Part shown: positions 43,002-53,265 of the stretch, in pieces
Layout of the letters: every line of letters begins with the position of its first letter
Numbering within the stretch: position 1 is the stretch's first letter
Origin: an uncultured Alphaproteobacteria bacterium
GTDB taxonomy: Bacteria; Pseudomonadota; Alphaproteobacteria; Sphingomonadales; Sphingomonadaceae
Reading direction: 5' to 3'
Length of the DNA: 64,000 bases
Assembly: GCA_963830685.1 (NCBI GenBank)
Contig: CAWHNF010000002.1
Coordinates: 446,777-510,776 of the forward strand
Translations under genes and position numbers: made by a program
Notes under the pieces: model-generated
What the model saw: the letters and a program-made list of their open reading frames with translations, nothing else
Database searches by the model: none
Told to the model about the DNA's origin: nothing

Positions 43002-43538
43002 ATGGGCAGAATTATAGTCGTTTACGGCGTCATCGCTGGCGTCACCGTCGCGTTACTCATGCGGGTCGCGATGATGCTGTTTCCAGAAGGCGGCTCCGCA
43101 GGGATGGTCGCGGGCTTTTTGTCGATGATCATCGCGCTGACATTCGTGTTCATCGGCGTAAAGCGCTATCGCGATGTCGAACTCGGCGGCGTCATCCGTT
43201 TCGGAAAGGCGCTGGCCGTCGGCTTCGGTATCGCGGCAATTGCGACAATTTTCTATGTCGCAGCGTGGGAGCTATATCTTTATTTCACCAACTACACCTT
43301 CATGGACGAATATACGCGGATAGCGCTCGAGCAGGCGCAGAAAGCAGGAAAGTCGGCAGCCGAGGTCGCAGCGCTTGCCAAGGAAATGGAAGGGTTCAGA
43401 GAATTATACGCGAACCCAATCAGCCGCTGGGCAGTGACTGCGATGGAGATTTCGCCGATTGCGATACTGATGCCGGTCATCTCCGCAGCATTGCTCCGCA
43501 ATAGCCGTTTCATGCCAGCTAAAGTCGCACTTGCTTGA
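43002..43538 (+). CDS. DUF4199 membrane protein
   Basis: GVKRYRD..GG.I.F..A..G pattern, paired with the LuxR gene. Confidence 0.85.
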   Translation: MGRIIVVYGVIAGVTVALLMRVAMMLFPEGGSAGMVAGFLSMIIALTFVFIGVKRYRDVELGGVIRFGKALAVGFGIAAIATIFYVAAWELYLYFTNYTFMDEYTRIALEQAQKAGKSAAEVAALAKEMEGFRELYANPISRWAVTAMEISPIAILMPVISAALLRNSRFMPAKVALA

Positions 43539-43584
43539 ACATCTCAACTTTCCGGTGCAGTGAACCAGCATCGGGGAGATTATT

Positions 43585-45510
43585 ATGCGCGAGTTGACTA
43601 TCCGTTCGGTGATTTTGGGCGGGCTGATTACGCTGCTGTTTACTGCAGCCAATGTGTATCTTGGGCTGAAGGCAGGGCTGACCTTCGCTACATCGATTCC
43701 GGCTGCGGTGATTTCGATGGCGATATTGCGGATGCTGCCGGGCGGGACGATCCTTGAAAACAATATCGTCCAGACCATCGCCAGCGCGGCGGGGACTTTG
43801 TCGGCGATTATCTTTGTGCTGCCGGGGCTCGTTATCCTGGGTTACTGGCAGGGTTTTCCGTTCCTGACGACCGCGGCGGTCTGCGCAACCGGCGGGATAT
43901 TGGGGGTAATGTTTTCAGTGCCGTTGCGACGGGCCTTGGTGACGGGTTCTGACCTGCCCTATCCCGAGGGCAAGGCGGCCGCCGAAGTGTTGATCGTTGG
44001 GTCCGCTGAAGGGTCGGGGTCAGAAGAAAACAAGCGTGGACTGACCACGATTGTCGTCAATTCGCTGCTGGCGGCGGGTCTATCGCTCCTCATCGCGATG
44101 AAACTGGTCGCTGGCGAAATCGCGCATTTCTTCAAGGTCGGCGCGGGCGCGACCGGCGCTTCGACCTCGCTCAGCCTGGCGCTCATCGGCGTTGGCCATC
44201 TGGTCGGGCTATCGGTCGGCCTTGCGATGTTGCTCGGCATGGCGATCAGCTGGATCGGGCTGGTCCCCTATTTCAGCCAGGGCGTACCCGGGGCCGACGC
44301 CGCCGAAATTGCCGGAACTGTCTTCCGCGAAAAGGCGCGTTTCATTGGCGCAGGCACGATTGGTATTGCCGCCATCTGGACCTTGCTCAAAATTATCGGG
44401 CCGATCATCCAAGGCCTGAAAGGCGCATTCGCCGCATCGGCAGCGCGCGCGGGTGGCGGCGAACTCGCGCTGACCGAACGCGACATTCCAATCAAGATCG
44501 TCGGCGCAATCATCGTCCTTACCCTTATCCCCATTGCCTTCCTGCTGTGGCAGTTTCTGGGCGCAACGCCGCTTGCCGGAATGGCGGGGCCGATTATCGG
44601 TCTCACGATCGTCTATATCCTGCTCGCAGGCGTCGTGATTGCATCGGTGTGCGGCTATATGGCGGGTTTGATCGGCGCATCCAATTCGCCAATCTCTGGC
44701 GTCGGCATCCTCGCCGTGGTCGGTGCATCGCTAATGCTGCTCGGCTTTTTCGGGCGCGGAGATACGCCCGATCAGACCGAAGCGATGATCGCTTATGCCT
44801 TGTTCGCAACTGCCATTGTCTTCGGGATCGCGACGATTTCGAATGACAATTTGCAGGATTTGAAGACTGGCCAGATCGTCGGCGCGACACCGTGGCGGCA
44901 GCAGGTCGCTTTGATCATCGGCGTGATGTTCGGCAGCCTTGCAATTCCGCCCGTGCTCGACCTACTCAACAACGCATTTGGCTTTGCCGGAAGCGTCGGC
45001 GCAGGCGAAAATGCGCTGGCCGCCCCGCAGGCATTATTGATTTCTGCGCTTGCGAAAGGCGTTTTGGGCGGTGACCTCGACTGGGGTTTGCTGGGCCTGG
45101 GCGCGATGATAGGCGTCGCGGTGGTAGTCGCTGATGAAATGCTAGGCAAGGCAGGCAAAAGACGCCTGCCACCCCTTGGCGTTGGCATGGGTGTTTATCT
45201 GCCGATGGCGCTAACGTTCCTGATCGTGGTCGGCACCGTGCTAGGGCATTATTACGAAAAATGGGCGGACGCGCAAAAAGACCCCGAAGCCGCTAAACGC
45301 ATGGGCGTTCTTGCTGCAACCGGGCTAATCGTCGGTGAAAGCCTGTTTGGCGTGGCCTTCGCCGGTATAGTCGCAGGCAGCGGCAGCGATGCGCCATTGG
45401 CGGTGGTGGGCGAAAGCTTTGAACCCATCGCGATGTGGGGCGGCGCGGCGCTGTTTATCGCGATATTGTGGTGGATTTACAGCCGGACGCGGCGCGAGGC
45501 GTCTGCATGA
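43585..45510 (+). CDS. OPT family oligopeptide transporter
   Basis: YLGLKAG, ENNIVQTIASA, LPYPEG.A.AE, DNLQDLKTG, PQA. Confidence 0.95.
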   Translation: MRELTIRSVILGGLITLLFTAANVYLGLKAGLTFATSIPAAVISMAILRMLPGGTILENNIVQTIASAAGTLSAIIFVLPGLVILGYWQGFPFLTTAAVCATGGILGVMFSVPLRRALVTGSDLPYPEGKAAAEVLIVGSAEGSGSEENKRGLTTIVVNSLLAAGLSLLIAMKLVAGEIAHFFKVGAGATGASTSLSLALIGVGHLVGLSVGLAMLLGMAISWIGLVPYFSQGVPGADAAEIAGTVFREKARFIGAGTIGIAAIWTLLKIIGPIIQGLKGAFAASAARAGGGELALTERDIPIKIVGAIIVLTLIPIAFLLWQFLGATPLAGMAGPIIGLTIVYILLAGVVIASVCGYMAGLIGASNSPISGVGILAVVGASLMLLGFFGRGDTPDQTEAMIAYALFATAIVFGIATISNDNLQDLKTGQIVGATPWRQQVALIIGVMFGSLAIPPVLDLLNNAFGFAGSVGAGENALAAPQALLISALAKGVLGGDLDWGLLGLGAMIGVAVVVADEMLGKAGKRRLPPLGVGMGVYLPMALTFLIVVGTVLGHYYEKWADAQKDPEAAKRMGVLAATGLIVGESLFGVAFAGIVAGSGSDAPLAVVGESFEPIAMWGGAALFIAILWWIYSRTRREASA

Positions 45511-45860
45511 TTGAGAGGCTGGCCTGGGGTTTATTGGCGCTGGTGCATATTACACCCGCGCTGGCGCTGTTTGCGCCGTCTTTGTTGACCAAGCTTTACG
45601 GGGTAAAGTCAGGCGATCCGCTGTTCCTGCTTATGCACCACCGGGCAGCGCTGTTTCTGGCTGTCGTAGTCGCTTGCATTTGGTGCGCACTCGACCCGAC
45701 ACCCCGACGCCTCAGTGTCCTACTGGCCGCGATCAGCATGCTGAGCTTCCTCGCTCTCTACTTTGCCAATGGCAGCCCGCCCGCGCTAAAGCAGATTGCG
45801 AACGCGGACCTGATTGGACTGCCCGCTTTGGTCTATGTCGCTTGGAGGGCATTCGCCTAA
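45507..45860 (+). CDS. Small 4-TM hypothetical protein
   Basis: ATGA-coupled to the OPT stop; hydrophobic; LYG..HRAALF motif. Confidence 0.75.
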   Translation: MIERLAWGLLALVHITPALALFAPSLLTKLYGVKSGDPLFLLMHHRAALFLAVVVACIWCALDPTPRRLSVLLAAISMLSFLALYFANGSPPALKQIANADLIGLPALVYVAWRAFA

Positions 45861-45891
45861 AAACTGCCGTTTGAAAACTTTACCCCCACCG

Positions 45892-45919
45892 TCGTCATCC
45901 CTGCGAAAGCAGGGATCTC
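45892..45919 (+). repeat. CGTC-type REP-like repeat, left copy
   Basis: tcgtcatccctgcgaaagcagggatctc with internal hairpin tccctgc-gaaa-gcaggga; perfect inverted copy at 46258-46285. Confidence 0.9.
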
Positions 45920-45969
45920 GGGCGGCAATGTGCCGACGTTTAAGCGTTTAGCTGATCCCACAAGTTCCG

Positions 45970-46233
45970 TCATCCGGGATTCATCGTTTCGATCAATTCG
46001 ATCCGCCACATTCGCGGCCATGCTTTTACGCGCTTCTCGCGAATGATCGCTTCTTCAATAGACGGAACCCATTCGTAGTATACAAGCATTTTTATATTGT
46101 AGCGACGGGTGAATTGCCCGCCACGCCCTTCCCTATGCTGGAATATTCTGGCGGGTAAATTTGCAGTAACGCCTGTGTATAGAACACCGTAGCGCTTGTT
46201 CGCCATGATATAGACCCAGCCGCCTTTCTCCAT
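45970..46233 (-). CDS. GIY-YIG nuclease (stand-alone small family), with apparent premature TGA
   Basis: WVYIMAN..GVLYTGVT.NL..R..QH, LVYYE, AI.REKRVK.W.R.W; reading past TGA gives RNLWDQLNA-stop. Confidence 0.9.
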   Translation of the reverse strand: MEKGGWVYIMANKRYGVLYTGVTANLPARIFQHREGRGGQFTRRYNIKMLVYYEWVPSIEEAIIREKRVKAWPRMWRIELIETMNPG

Positions 46234-46257
46234 CTTGGCGTTGGCGCTAGGCTGCCT

Positions 46258-46285
46258 GAGATCCCTGCTTTCGCAGGGATGACGA
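46258..46285 (-). repeat. CGTC-type REP-like repeat, right copy
   Basis: Exact reverse complement of 45892-45919. Confidence 0.9.
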
Positions 46286-46310
46286 TGTTTGGTGTAGAGC
46301 GATTTGGTTC

Positions 46311-47348
<1,038 letters not shown>

Positions 47349-47416
47349 TTAAGGCTTCACATTGCGTCTGCTGCCACTTATCAGGCGCTTGAACCAAAGG
47401 CTTCAGGGATCTTTTC

Positions 47417-47734
47417 ATGACAAAAATCACGGTTATTTCACGCGACGGCGAAGGCCGCGAAGTCGAAGCGGAAGCAGGCCTTTCGCTGATGGAAGTGATC
47501 CGCGACAACGGTTTTGACGAATTGCTCGCTCTGTGCGGCGGCTGCTGCTCATGCGCGACCTGCCATGTGCATATCGACCCGGCCTTTGCCGACCGCTTGC
47601 CAAAAATGGGCGAGGACGAAAACGACTTGCTGGACAGCACCGACCACCGAAACGAAACCTCGCGCCTGTCGTGCCAGATTCCGGTTAGTGACGCACTCGA
47701 CGGCCTGATCGTGACCATCGCACCCGAAGATTGA
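47417..47734 (+). CDS. 2Fe-2S ferredoxin (adrenodoxin type)
   Basis: [16 protein letters not shown]. Confidence 0.95.
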   Translation: MTKITVISRDGEGREVEAEAGLSLMEVIRDNGFDELLALCGGCCSCATCHVHIDPAFADRLPKMGEDENDLLDSTDHRNETSRLSCQIPVSDALDGLIVTIAPED

Positions 47735-48532
47735 TTATCCGCGCATAGCCTTTTCAAACAACTCTTCGAGCACTGGGTAGCCGTGGCCATCCGGGATACA
47801 CAGCCAGTTGCCGTCTTCGCGTTTATCAACGTAAGTCAGCACCGTTGAAACCGGATGCTCGGCTGCATGCGCTGCGGCTGCGTCAAAGCTGCCGAACATC
47901 GCCAGCCGCTCCAGATTGCGGCGCGTGGGGAATATAATCTTGATTTTACCCTCGTCGGCACACGCCAATGTCTCGGCGGCAGTTGCCCAAAACAGCGCAC
48001 GATTTTCGGTATGGTCAACGGTCGCCAACGGCGCCGTATTTCCCGCATCGACCAGATAGAAGCGCGTGTCAAAAACGCGGCTTGCGCCTTCAAATGCTGG
48101 CGGTCGCCAACGCGACCAAGGTACGAGCTGATCGAAATCGGGGACCCAATTGTGGCGGTTGCAGATGGCTTGCAGGCTCTCGCCGTCATGCAATGCAGCC
48201 CGCGCGTCGTCGCAATCAGCCGGGTCGGAAACGCCGGTCAACCCAAGCGCCAGCCCTGCTTCCTCAATCGTCTCGCGGATCGCCGCCAGCCGCGCCGCCG
48301 CTTCATCAAGTGGTAAAGGCCCGCCGAGCATCTCGGCATAGTCGAAATCGGCCGGATCAACCTTCCCGCCCGGAAAAACCGCTGCCCCGCCCGCAAACGC
48401 CATCGCCTTGATCCGCTCGACCATCAGCAGCAGCGGCGCACCCCCATCGGGATTTTCGCGAAATATCACCATCGTGGCGGCGGGGGTGGCGACGGGTTGG
48501 GGAGAGGTTTCTGAAGGCATACGTCCTAACAA
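47735..48532 (-). CDS. NUDIX hydrolase (NUDT19-like)
   Basis: VFPGGKVD, AIRETIEEAG, FDTRFY, IFPTRRNL. Confidence 0.9.
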   Translation of the reverse strand: MLGRMPSETSPQPVATPAATMVIFRENPDGGAPLLLMVERIKAMAFAGGAAVFPGGKVDPADFDYAEMLGGPLPLDEAAARLAAIRETIEEAGLALGLTGVSDPADCDDARAALHDGESLQAICNRHNWVPDFDQLVPWSRWRPPAFEGASRVFDTRFYLVDAGNTAPLATVDHTENRALFWATAAETLACADEGKIKIIFPTRRNLERLAMFGSFDAAAAHAAEHPVSTVLTYVDKREDGNWLCIPDGHGYPVLEELFEKAMRG

Positions 48533-48549
48533 GCATGATTAGGCGCAGC

Positions 48550-49389
48550 TTAGAAGCGGAAACTTAATCCAGCGGTTAAACTTGTTGCCTCGGGTCCGGC
48601 AAAACCCAAAGTCCGGTTGGCGTTCAGGTTGAGCCGCCATTTTTCAGCAATCGCAAACGACGCCGATGCCCCGACTTCGGCCCATTCATCGCTTTGCCCC
48701 GGTACGTTGCGTGCGGCAACGATGCGGCTGATGGTGTCACCAGCGGTGCCCGAGCGCGACGCGCTGCTATTCGAGGTGGCGACAAACGCGGAGTTAATGC
48801 CGATGCTGTGGTCACCAAAAAGCTTTTGCAACGACGCGCCAATCGAACCCGTTACGCCATCTTCCTGTGATTTCACGGTCCGCACATCGCCACCCGGAAG
48901 GATGACCGCACGGGCGATATCGACCTTGTCATAATCGACTGCCGCGTAAGGGGAGAGGATAATGCTTTCCGACACCGCCGCTTCATATGTGACAGCCCCG
49001 CCAATCGCAAAACTGCCGCCGTCGCTGTTGATCGTCACCCGGCCGCCTGGCAAAGTTTCCGGGTCGAACCGGCGCTGTCCAGCGGAGACATATCCATCAA
49101 GGCTGACTTCGCCAAAACTGCGACCTGCCGAAATGGTAACCGCCTCGCTATCGACTGGTACTGCGTTGAGAAGTCCTTGCGTGACCCCGCCGCGCACCAT
49201 CGACGCGCCGATTTCCACATATCCCTGCTCGAAATCGCGAGCGAGCGCGATGCTCGCAAATTGCGGATCCTCGTCGCCCGAATAAAGCGTGGCTCCGCCG
49301 CTGATGCCCAGCCGCCAGCCGTCCTCCGCATATGCGCTTGCTGGTGCCATAATCGCTGCCGATGCCAGCATGACTGTCAAAATCTTCAT
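48550..49389 (-). CDS. Outer-membrane beta-barrel protein (autotransporter-barrel-like)
   Basis: Signal peptide, alternating amphipathic strands, terminal LSFRF. Confidence 0.8.
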   Translation of the reverse strand: MKILTVMLASAAIMAPASAYAEDGWRLGISGGATLYSGDEDPQFASIALARDFEQGYVEIGASMVRGGVTQGLLNAVPVDSEAVTISAGRSFGEVSLDGYVSAGQRRFDPETLPGGRVTINSDGGSFAIGGAVTYEAAVSESIILSPYAAVDYDKVDIARAVILPGGDVRTVKSQEDGVTGSIGASLQKLFGDHSIGINSAFVATSNSSASRSGTAGDTISRIVAARNVPGQSDEWAEVGASASFAIAEKWRLNLNANRTLGFAGPEATSLTAGLSFRF

Positions 49390-49434
49390 GAATTGCCTCC
49401 TGTTTCATCCGCCTTTCGGGCCGGATAGAGGCTC

Positions 49435-49460
49435 AACGGACAAGTCCGCAAAATCCTTCG
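49435..49460 (-). promoter_or_regulatory. ECF sigma promoter for the beta-barrel gene
   Basis: Minus strand cGAAGG-attttgcggacttgtc(16)-CGTT. Confidence 0.7.
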
Positions 49461-49470
49461 GAAATTTTTT

Positions 49471-49496
49471 CGAAGGGTTTTTGCGCTACGTGCGTA
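49471..49496 (+). promoter_or_regulatory. ECF sigma promoter (autoregulatory)
   Basis: cGAAGG-gtttttgcgctacgtg(16)-CGTA. Confidence 0.7.
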
Positions 49497-49529
49497 TTGC
49501 TATTGAACTGCAGTTTGGTGGGTGCGTTT

Positions 49530-50108
49530 ATGATGCAGCAGGCGGTCAAACAGGCCGAACAGAATGACGACGAATTGGTTGCGCGCATCGCGGCGCGCGA
49601 TCATGCCGCGATGCGTTTGGTGGCCGACCGTCATGCCCAGCTGGTTTGGCGGGTTGCTTACCGGATGCTGGGTGAAGCAACCGAAGCGGAGGACGTGTCG
49701 CAGGAATCGCTGCTAAAGCTCTGGAATCACGCCGACCGTTGGCAACCCGGCGGTGCTGGAATCGCGCCGTGGCTTAAGAAAGTCACGGTCAACCAGTGTC
49801 TGGACCGGTTACGCCGGAAACGCTTTGCCAGTGATGAGGATGTGCCCGAGCGCGAAGACGAAGCCCCGTTAGCCGACCGCCAGATCGAGGCGGTCGAAAC
49901 CGGACAAGCGGTGAAGGATTGCATCGAGGCGCTCCCCGACCGGCAGCGCGCGGCAGTCATTCTGACCTATTATGAAGAGCAGCCCAACCAAGGCGCTGCG
50001 GAAAGTTTGGAAATGCAATTGAAGGCCTTTGAATCTTTGCTGTTCCGTGCGCGCGCATCCTTGAAAGGCTGCGTTGAGCGCAAGGGCGTGGTCGGAAGGG
50101 CCGGATAA
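49530..50108 (+). CDS. ECF RNA polymerase sigma factor
   Basis: AYRMLG...AEDVSQE..LKLW, WL..V..N.C.D..RR, LPDRQR.AV.L.Y.E. Confidence 0.95.
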   Translation: MMQQAVKQAEQNDDELVARIAARDHAAMRLVADRHAQLVWRVAYRMLGEATEAEDVSQESLLKLWNHADRWQPGGAGIAPWLKKVTVNQCLDRLRRKRFASDEDVPEREDEAPLADRQIEAVETGQAVKDCIEALPDRQRAAVILTYYEEQPNQGAAESLEMQLKAFESLLFRARASLKGCVERKGVVGRAG

Positions 50109-50992
50109 TGGCAGAGCCTGCATTTTCTCCAGAAATCGAAAAGGCGCTCGATGCCTATGCGGTGCCACCCATGCCGAAAGGATTTTCGGAACGGCTGATG
50201 GCGCGCATTGCCAGCGGTGATACCGGCTTGGCCGATACCGCCGCCCATTTGCCGCTGCCCCGCGCGCGTAAATCCAGCCCGTGGCGGCGGACGAGCCGCA
50301 TCGTGGGTTCAGTCGCAATCTTCACGCTCGCCACCGCCACGGCGGCGGCGGCGGGTTTCTTCGGCGATCCGGTCTATGTACCCGGGGTAAGCGAGGCTTT
50401 GGTCGAGGCAAAAATCGTCGAGGCACCCAAGTCCGTTGCCCAACCGAAGATGCGCATGGTCGCAGAAGCCAAGCCAATTGAATCCACAACGGTCCAACCA
50501 CCTGCAACCGGCAGCGCCGCCATCGTCAACCGAGTGGTAGACCTGCGCAACGACCCCGAATTTGCCAAACTGACTCCGCGCCAGCGCCTAGCCGTCACCG
50601 GCAAGGAAGTCAGGCAGATGGTCCGCTCGGGCGAAGTGACGCGTCAGGATGTGCGCACCGCCGTTCGTCAGCTCGCTCAAGACGCCGACCCCGCGACCAA
50701 GGAAGCATGGCGCAAGGCCGCGATCGAACGTCGCGAGAAGCGACTGGAACGGCGCGATCGGATCGGCGCGATTGCGGAACCGCAAAGCGTGACCGAGCCG
50801 CAGGTGAGCACCAGCGAACACGCAATCGCGACCACCGATGCGCCGCCAACGGCCGAAGCCACGAAACTAACGCCCGAAACGGCAGAAGCCATTCGTGAGA
50901 ATATTCGCAATGCGACCCCCGAACAGCGCGCGGCCCTGCGCAACGCCTTGCGCGAACGTCGGCAACTGCGTCAGCAGCGGCGGACTCAGTAG
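50108..50992 (+). CDS. Putative membrane-anchored anti-sigma factor with helical Arg-rich periplasmic domain
   Basis: Coupled to the sigma gene; N-terminal LDAY.VP..P.GF..R.MA; one TM; helical C-terminus. Confidence 0.75.
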   Translation: MAEPAFSPEIEKALDAYAVPPMPKGFSERLMARIASGDTGLADTAAHLPLPRARKSSPWRRTSRIVGSVAIFTLATATAAAAGFFGDPVYVPGVSEALVEAKIVEAPKSVAQPKMRMVAEAKPIESTTVQPPATGSAAIVNRVVDLRNDPEFAKLTPRQRLAVTGKEVRQMVRSGEVTRQDVRTAVRQLAQDADPATKEAWRKAAIERREKRLERRDRIGAIAEPQSVTEPQVSTSEHAIATTDAPPTAEATKLTPETAEAIRENIRNATPEQRAALRNALRERRQLRQQRRTQ

Positions 50993-51006
50993 AAGCAAAA
51001 AATAAT

Positions 51007-51032
51007 CGAAGGGTTTCGCTTCGCCATTCGTT
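51007..51032 (+). promoter_or_regulatory. ECF sigma promoter for the secreted beta-repeat protein
   Basis: cGAAGG-gtttcgcttcgccatt(16)-CGTT. Confidence 0.7.
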
Positions 51033-51077
51033 TGATTTTCAGGAGCGGGGAAATTCTCCCTCCCCAAAATCAGGAGA

Positions 51078-51614
51078 ATGGACGTGAAATATCTTATCAC
51101 TTTACCACTGGCAGCGCTGGCACTGGTTACCTCAGCTAACGCCCAGACCACCAAGACCACAACCATTGAGAATCCAAAAGGTACAGCCACAAGAACGGCC
51201 ACCCGCGACCAGGGCAATCTGACCGTCGACGCCACCGCAACGCGCGCCAGCGACGGTGCCACCGCAACCCGCACGCGGGAACGCACAAAAACCGAAGACG
51301 GTGTCAGCGGCAGCGGTTCGCAAACTGGTTTCAACGGCAAGACGCGCTCGTATGAATATGACCGCACCCGCACCGACGATGGTTGGACCACCACCGGCAG
51401 CGCCACCGACAAGCAAGGCCGCGCCTACGAATATGACGCTTATGGCCGCAAAACCGAAGCCGGCCGCGAGAATAGCCGCACGGTAACGCGTGACGGTGCG
51501 CAAGTTTACAACCGCACCGGCAGCGTCAACAGGGTCGATGGCCAAATCCAGCGTAACGTCAACACAACACGCGACCCCAGCTTCAAACCGCGCAAGGCTG
51601 CGCGCCGCCGCTGA
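51078..51614 (+). CDS. Secreted Thr/Arg/Gly-rich beta-hairpin repeat protein
   Basis: Signal peptide; successive alternating-residue strands separated by DG/NG/KG/QG turns; basic tail. Confidence 0.8.
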   Translation: MDVKYLITLPLAALALVTSANAQTTKTTTIENPKGTATRTATRDQGNLTVDATATRASDGATATRTRERTKTEDGVSGSGSQTGFNGKTRSYEYDRTRTDDGWTTTGSATDKQGRAYEYDAYGRKTEAGRENSRTVTRDGAQVYNRTGSVNRVDGQIQRNVNTTRDPSFKPRKAARRR

Positions 51615-51815
51615 ACCGACTTGCTGCGCGCCATCCCGCACTCACGGCGCGCAGCAACACCCCAGCCCGCCGCGTGTCACAATGCGCCGGGCATCCTATG
51701 GGGAGCGGCGGCATGGGCCTCCAATTCGCCGTTCCCCGCCCTTTCATGTAAAGTCTGATGCGCTCGTATTGCGCGCAGCAAGATAACGTGGCAGCTTCAT
51801 GGACCGGAGGCATAT

Positions 51816-52421
51816 ATGGGCATTGTCGAAATATTGGGTTTGGCTGGCAGCCTGAGCCTGCTTTCAGGCTGGCGCTTTTATCTGACGATATTTGCTACTG
51901 GCGTTGCGATGCACTTCAATATTGTGCCACTTCCTGAAAACCTCCAGATGCTCGATGTACTGGCTAACCCTTGGGTATTGGGTCTTAGCGCGCTTGGCGC
52001 AGTCGCCGAATTTTTCGCTGACAAGATTGCTTGGCTCGATTCAATCTGGGATGGTCTCCACACCCTGATCCGCCCAGTCGGCGGCGCGTTGCTTGCGCTG
52101 GCGGTTGTCGATAGTTCCGACCCCACTTGGCAGGTCATCGCCTTCCTGCTCGGCGGCGGCGCAGCGCTTGCCAGCCATGCGACGAAGTCCACGGCGCGCG
52201 CGGCGGTCAATACCAGTCCCGAACCGTTCAGCAACGTGGTGGTCTCGACCGTCGAGGATGTCGCAACCGGAGGCTTGCTTGTGCTCGCCTTTGCCAACCC
52301 CGTCGCGGCGTTGGTTATTGCGGTGAGCCTGCTGGCGCTGGCGATATGGGGGCTGTGGGCGGGCTACCGGGCATTCCGGCGGGTGTTTCCAAAGCCTGTT
52401 GCGGATAAGTTTGAGAATTAG
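51816..52421 (+). CDS. DUF4126 membrane protein
   Basis: SGWRFYL, EFFADKI.WLDS.WD..HT.IRP, NTSPEPFSN..S..ED. Confidence 0.92.
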   Translation: MGIVEILGLAGSLSLLSGWRFYLTIFATGVAMHFNIVPLPENLQMLDVLANPWVLGLSALGAVAEFFADKIAWLDSIWDGLHTLIRPVGGALLALAVVDSSDPTWQVIAFLLGGGAALASHATKSTARAAVNTSPEPFSNVVVSTVEDVATGGLLVLAFANPVAALVIAVSLLALAIWGLWAGYRAFRRVFPKPVADKFEN

Positions 52422-53265
52422 TGCCTGTCCCACGTGCGAAGGTCACATTCGCATTCGGCACCGGGATAATCGGCTTGGCCAATTCACCGCTATATCCCGA
52501 ATAAATAAACCCGCCATTTTCCAACGTGTCCAAGATCCATTCGCGCTTGTCGGGCTCGACCACAAAACAGCCTTCGCTCGAACCCGGACGTCCCTTGTTC
52601 GAAATAAATTCCGCATTGAAATAGCGCCGCCGTTCGGGCTGATAGCTATGAACGACAATATCGCGATACCGCATCTGGTTGTTCGATGGCTCTAGCCCGT
52701 CAAGCCGCAGCGATAACCCGTTGATACCAACATAGCGCTCCGCCCCGATTGCGGCGCCGAGCGACGACGACAGGCTGTTGTAGACATTGCTGAACACCGT
52801 CGCATAGCCGTCGTCATCGGGGTCAGAGCCAATGCCATGCGCGACGCGGATGGGGCTGTCGAGGCCATCGCCGGTCCTCAGATCCACGCGGTATAAACGC
52901 GGCTCGCTGCTGTGTTTGGCAAAATCGACGACGACGATAACCGCTGGGCCAACGCTGCGACCGAATGCGCAATAATAGCCGCGATATTTTTCCATCGCGG
53001 TCGCGAATAGTTTCCCGTCTAGCCGCTGTTTCGGGGTCAGCAGCGCATCATAAAAGCCATAGCTGATGGCCCTGCTCGACAAAGCCAGCGCGTCGCAGCC
53101 GATCTCGGGCCGCGGGGGTTTGATGTACACGGGCTGCGCGCTTGCGGCATCGCCAGTGCCCGATTGGAATACAACTGGCGTCGGCGCATCTTGCGCAACC
53201 ACGGGCGCATACAACAGGGCCAGCGGCGCGATTAAGGCGAAATTTGCTTTCAAAATATATCTCAT
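52315..53265 (-). CDS. Murein L,D-transpeptidase catalytic-domain (YkuD_2) protein
   Basis: VDFAKHSSEPRL, VAHG.GSD, FSN..S..SSLG, LRLDGLE..N, IVVH, GSSEGC; 3' end overlaps the DUF4126 gene. Confidence 0.85.
   Translation of the reverse strand: MRYILKANFALIAPLALLYAPVVAQDAPTPVVFQSGTGDAASAQPVYIKPPRPEIGCDALALSSRAISYGFYDALLTPKQRLDGKLFATAMEKYRGYYCAFGRSVGPAVIVVVDFAKHSSEPRLYRVDLRTGDGLDSPIRVAHGIGSDPDDDGYATVFSNVYNSLSSSLGAAIGAERYVGINGLSLRLDGLEPSNNQMRYRDIVVHSYQPERRRYFNAEFISNKGRPGSSEGCFVVEPDKREWILDTLENGGFIYSGYSGELAKPIIPVPNANVTFARGTGTNSQTYPQQALETPAGMPGSPPTAPISPAPAGSPQ

Noticed and set aside
51700-51740. Hairpin ggggagcggcg/cgccgttcccc as a riboswitch before DUF4126
   Set aside because: No known aptamer motif; more simply a terminator or stability hairpin after the 51078 gene.
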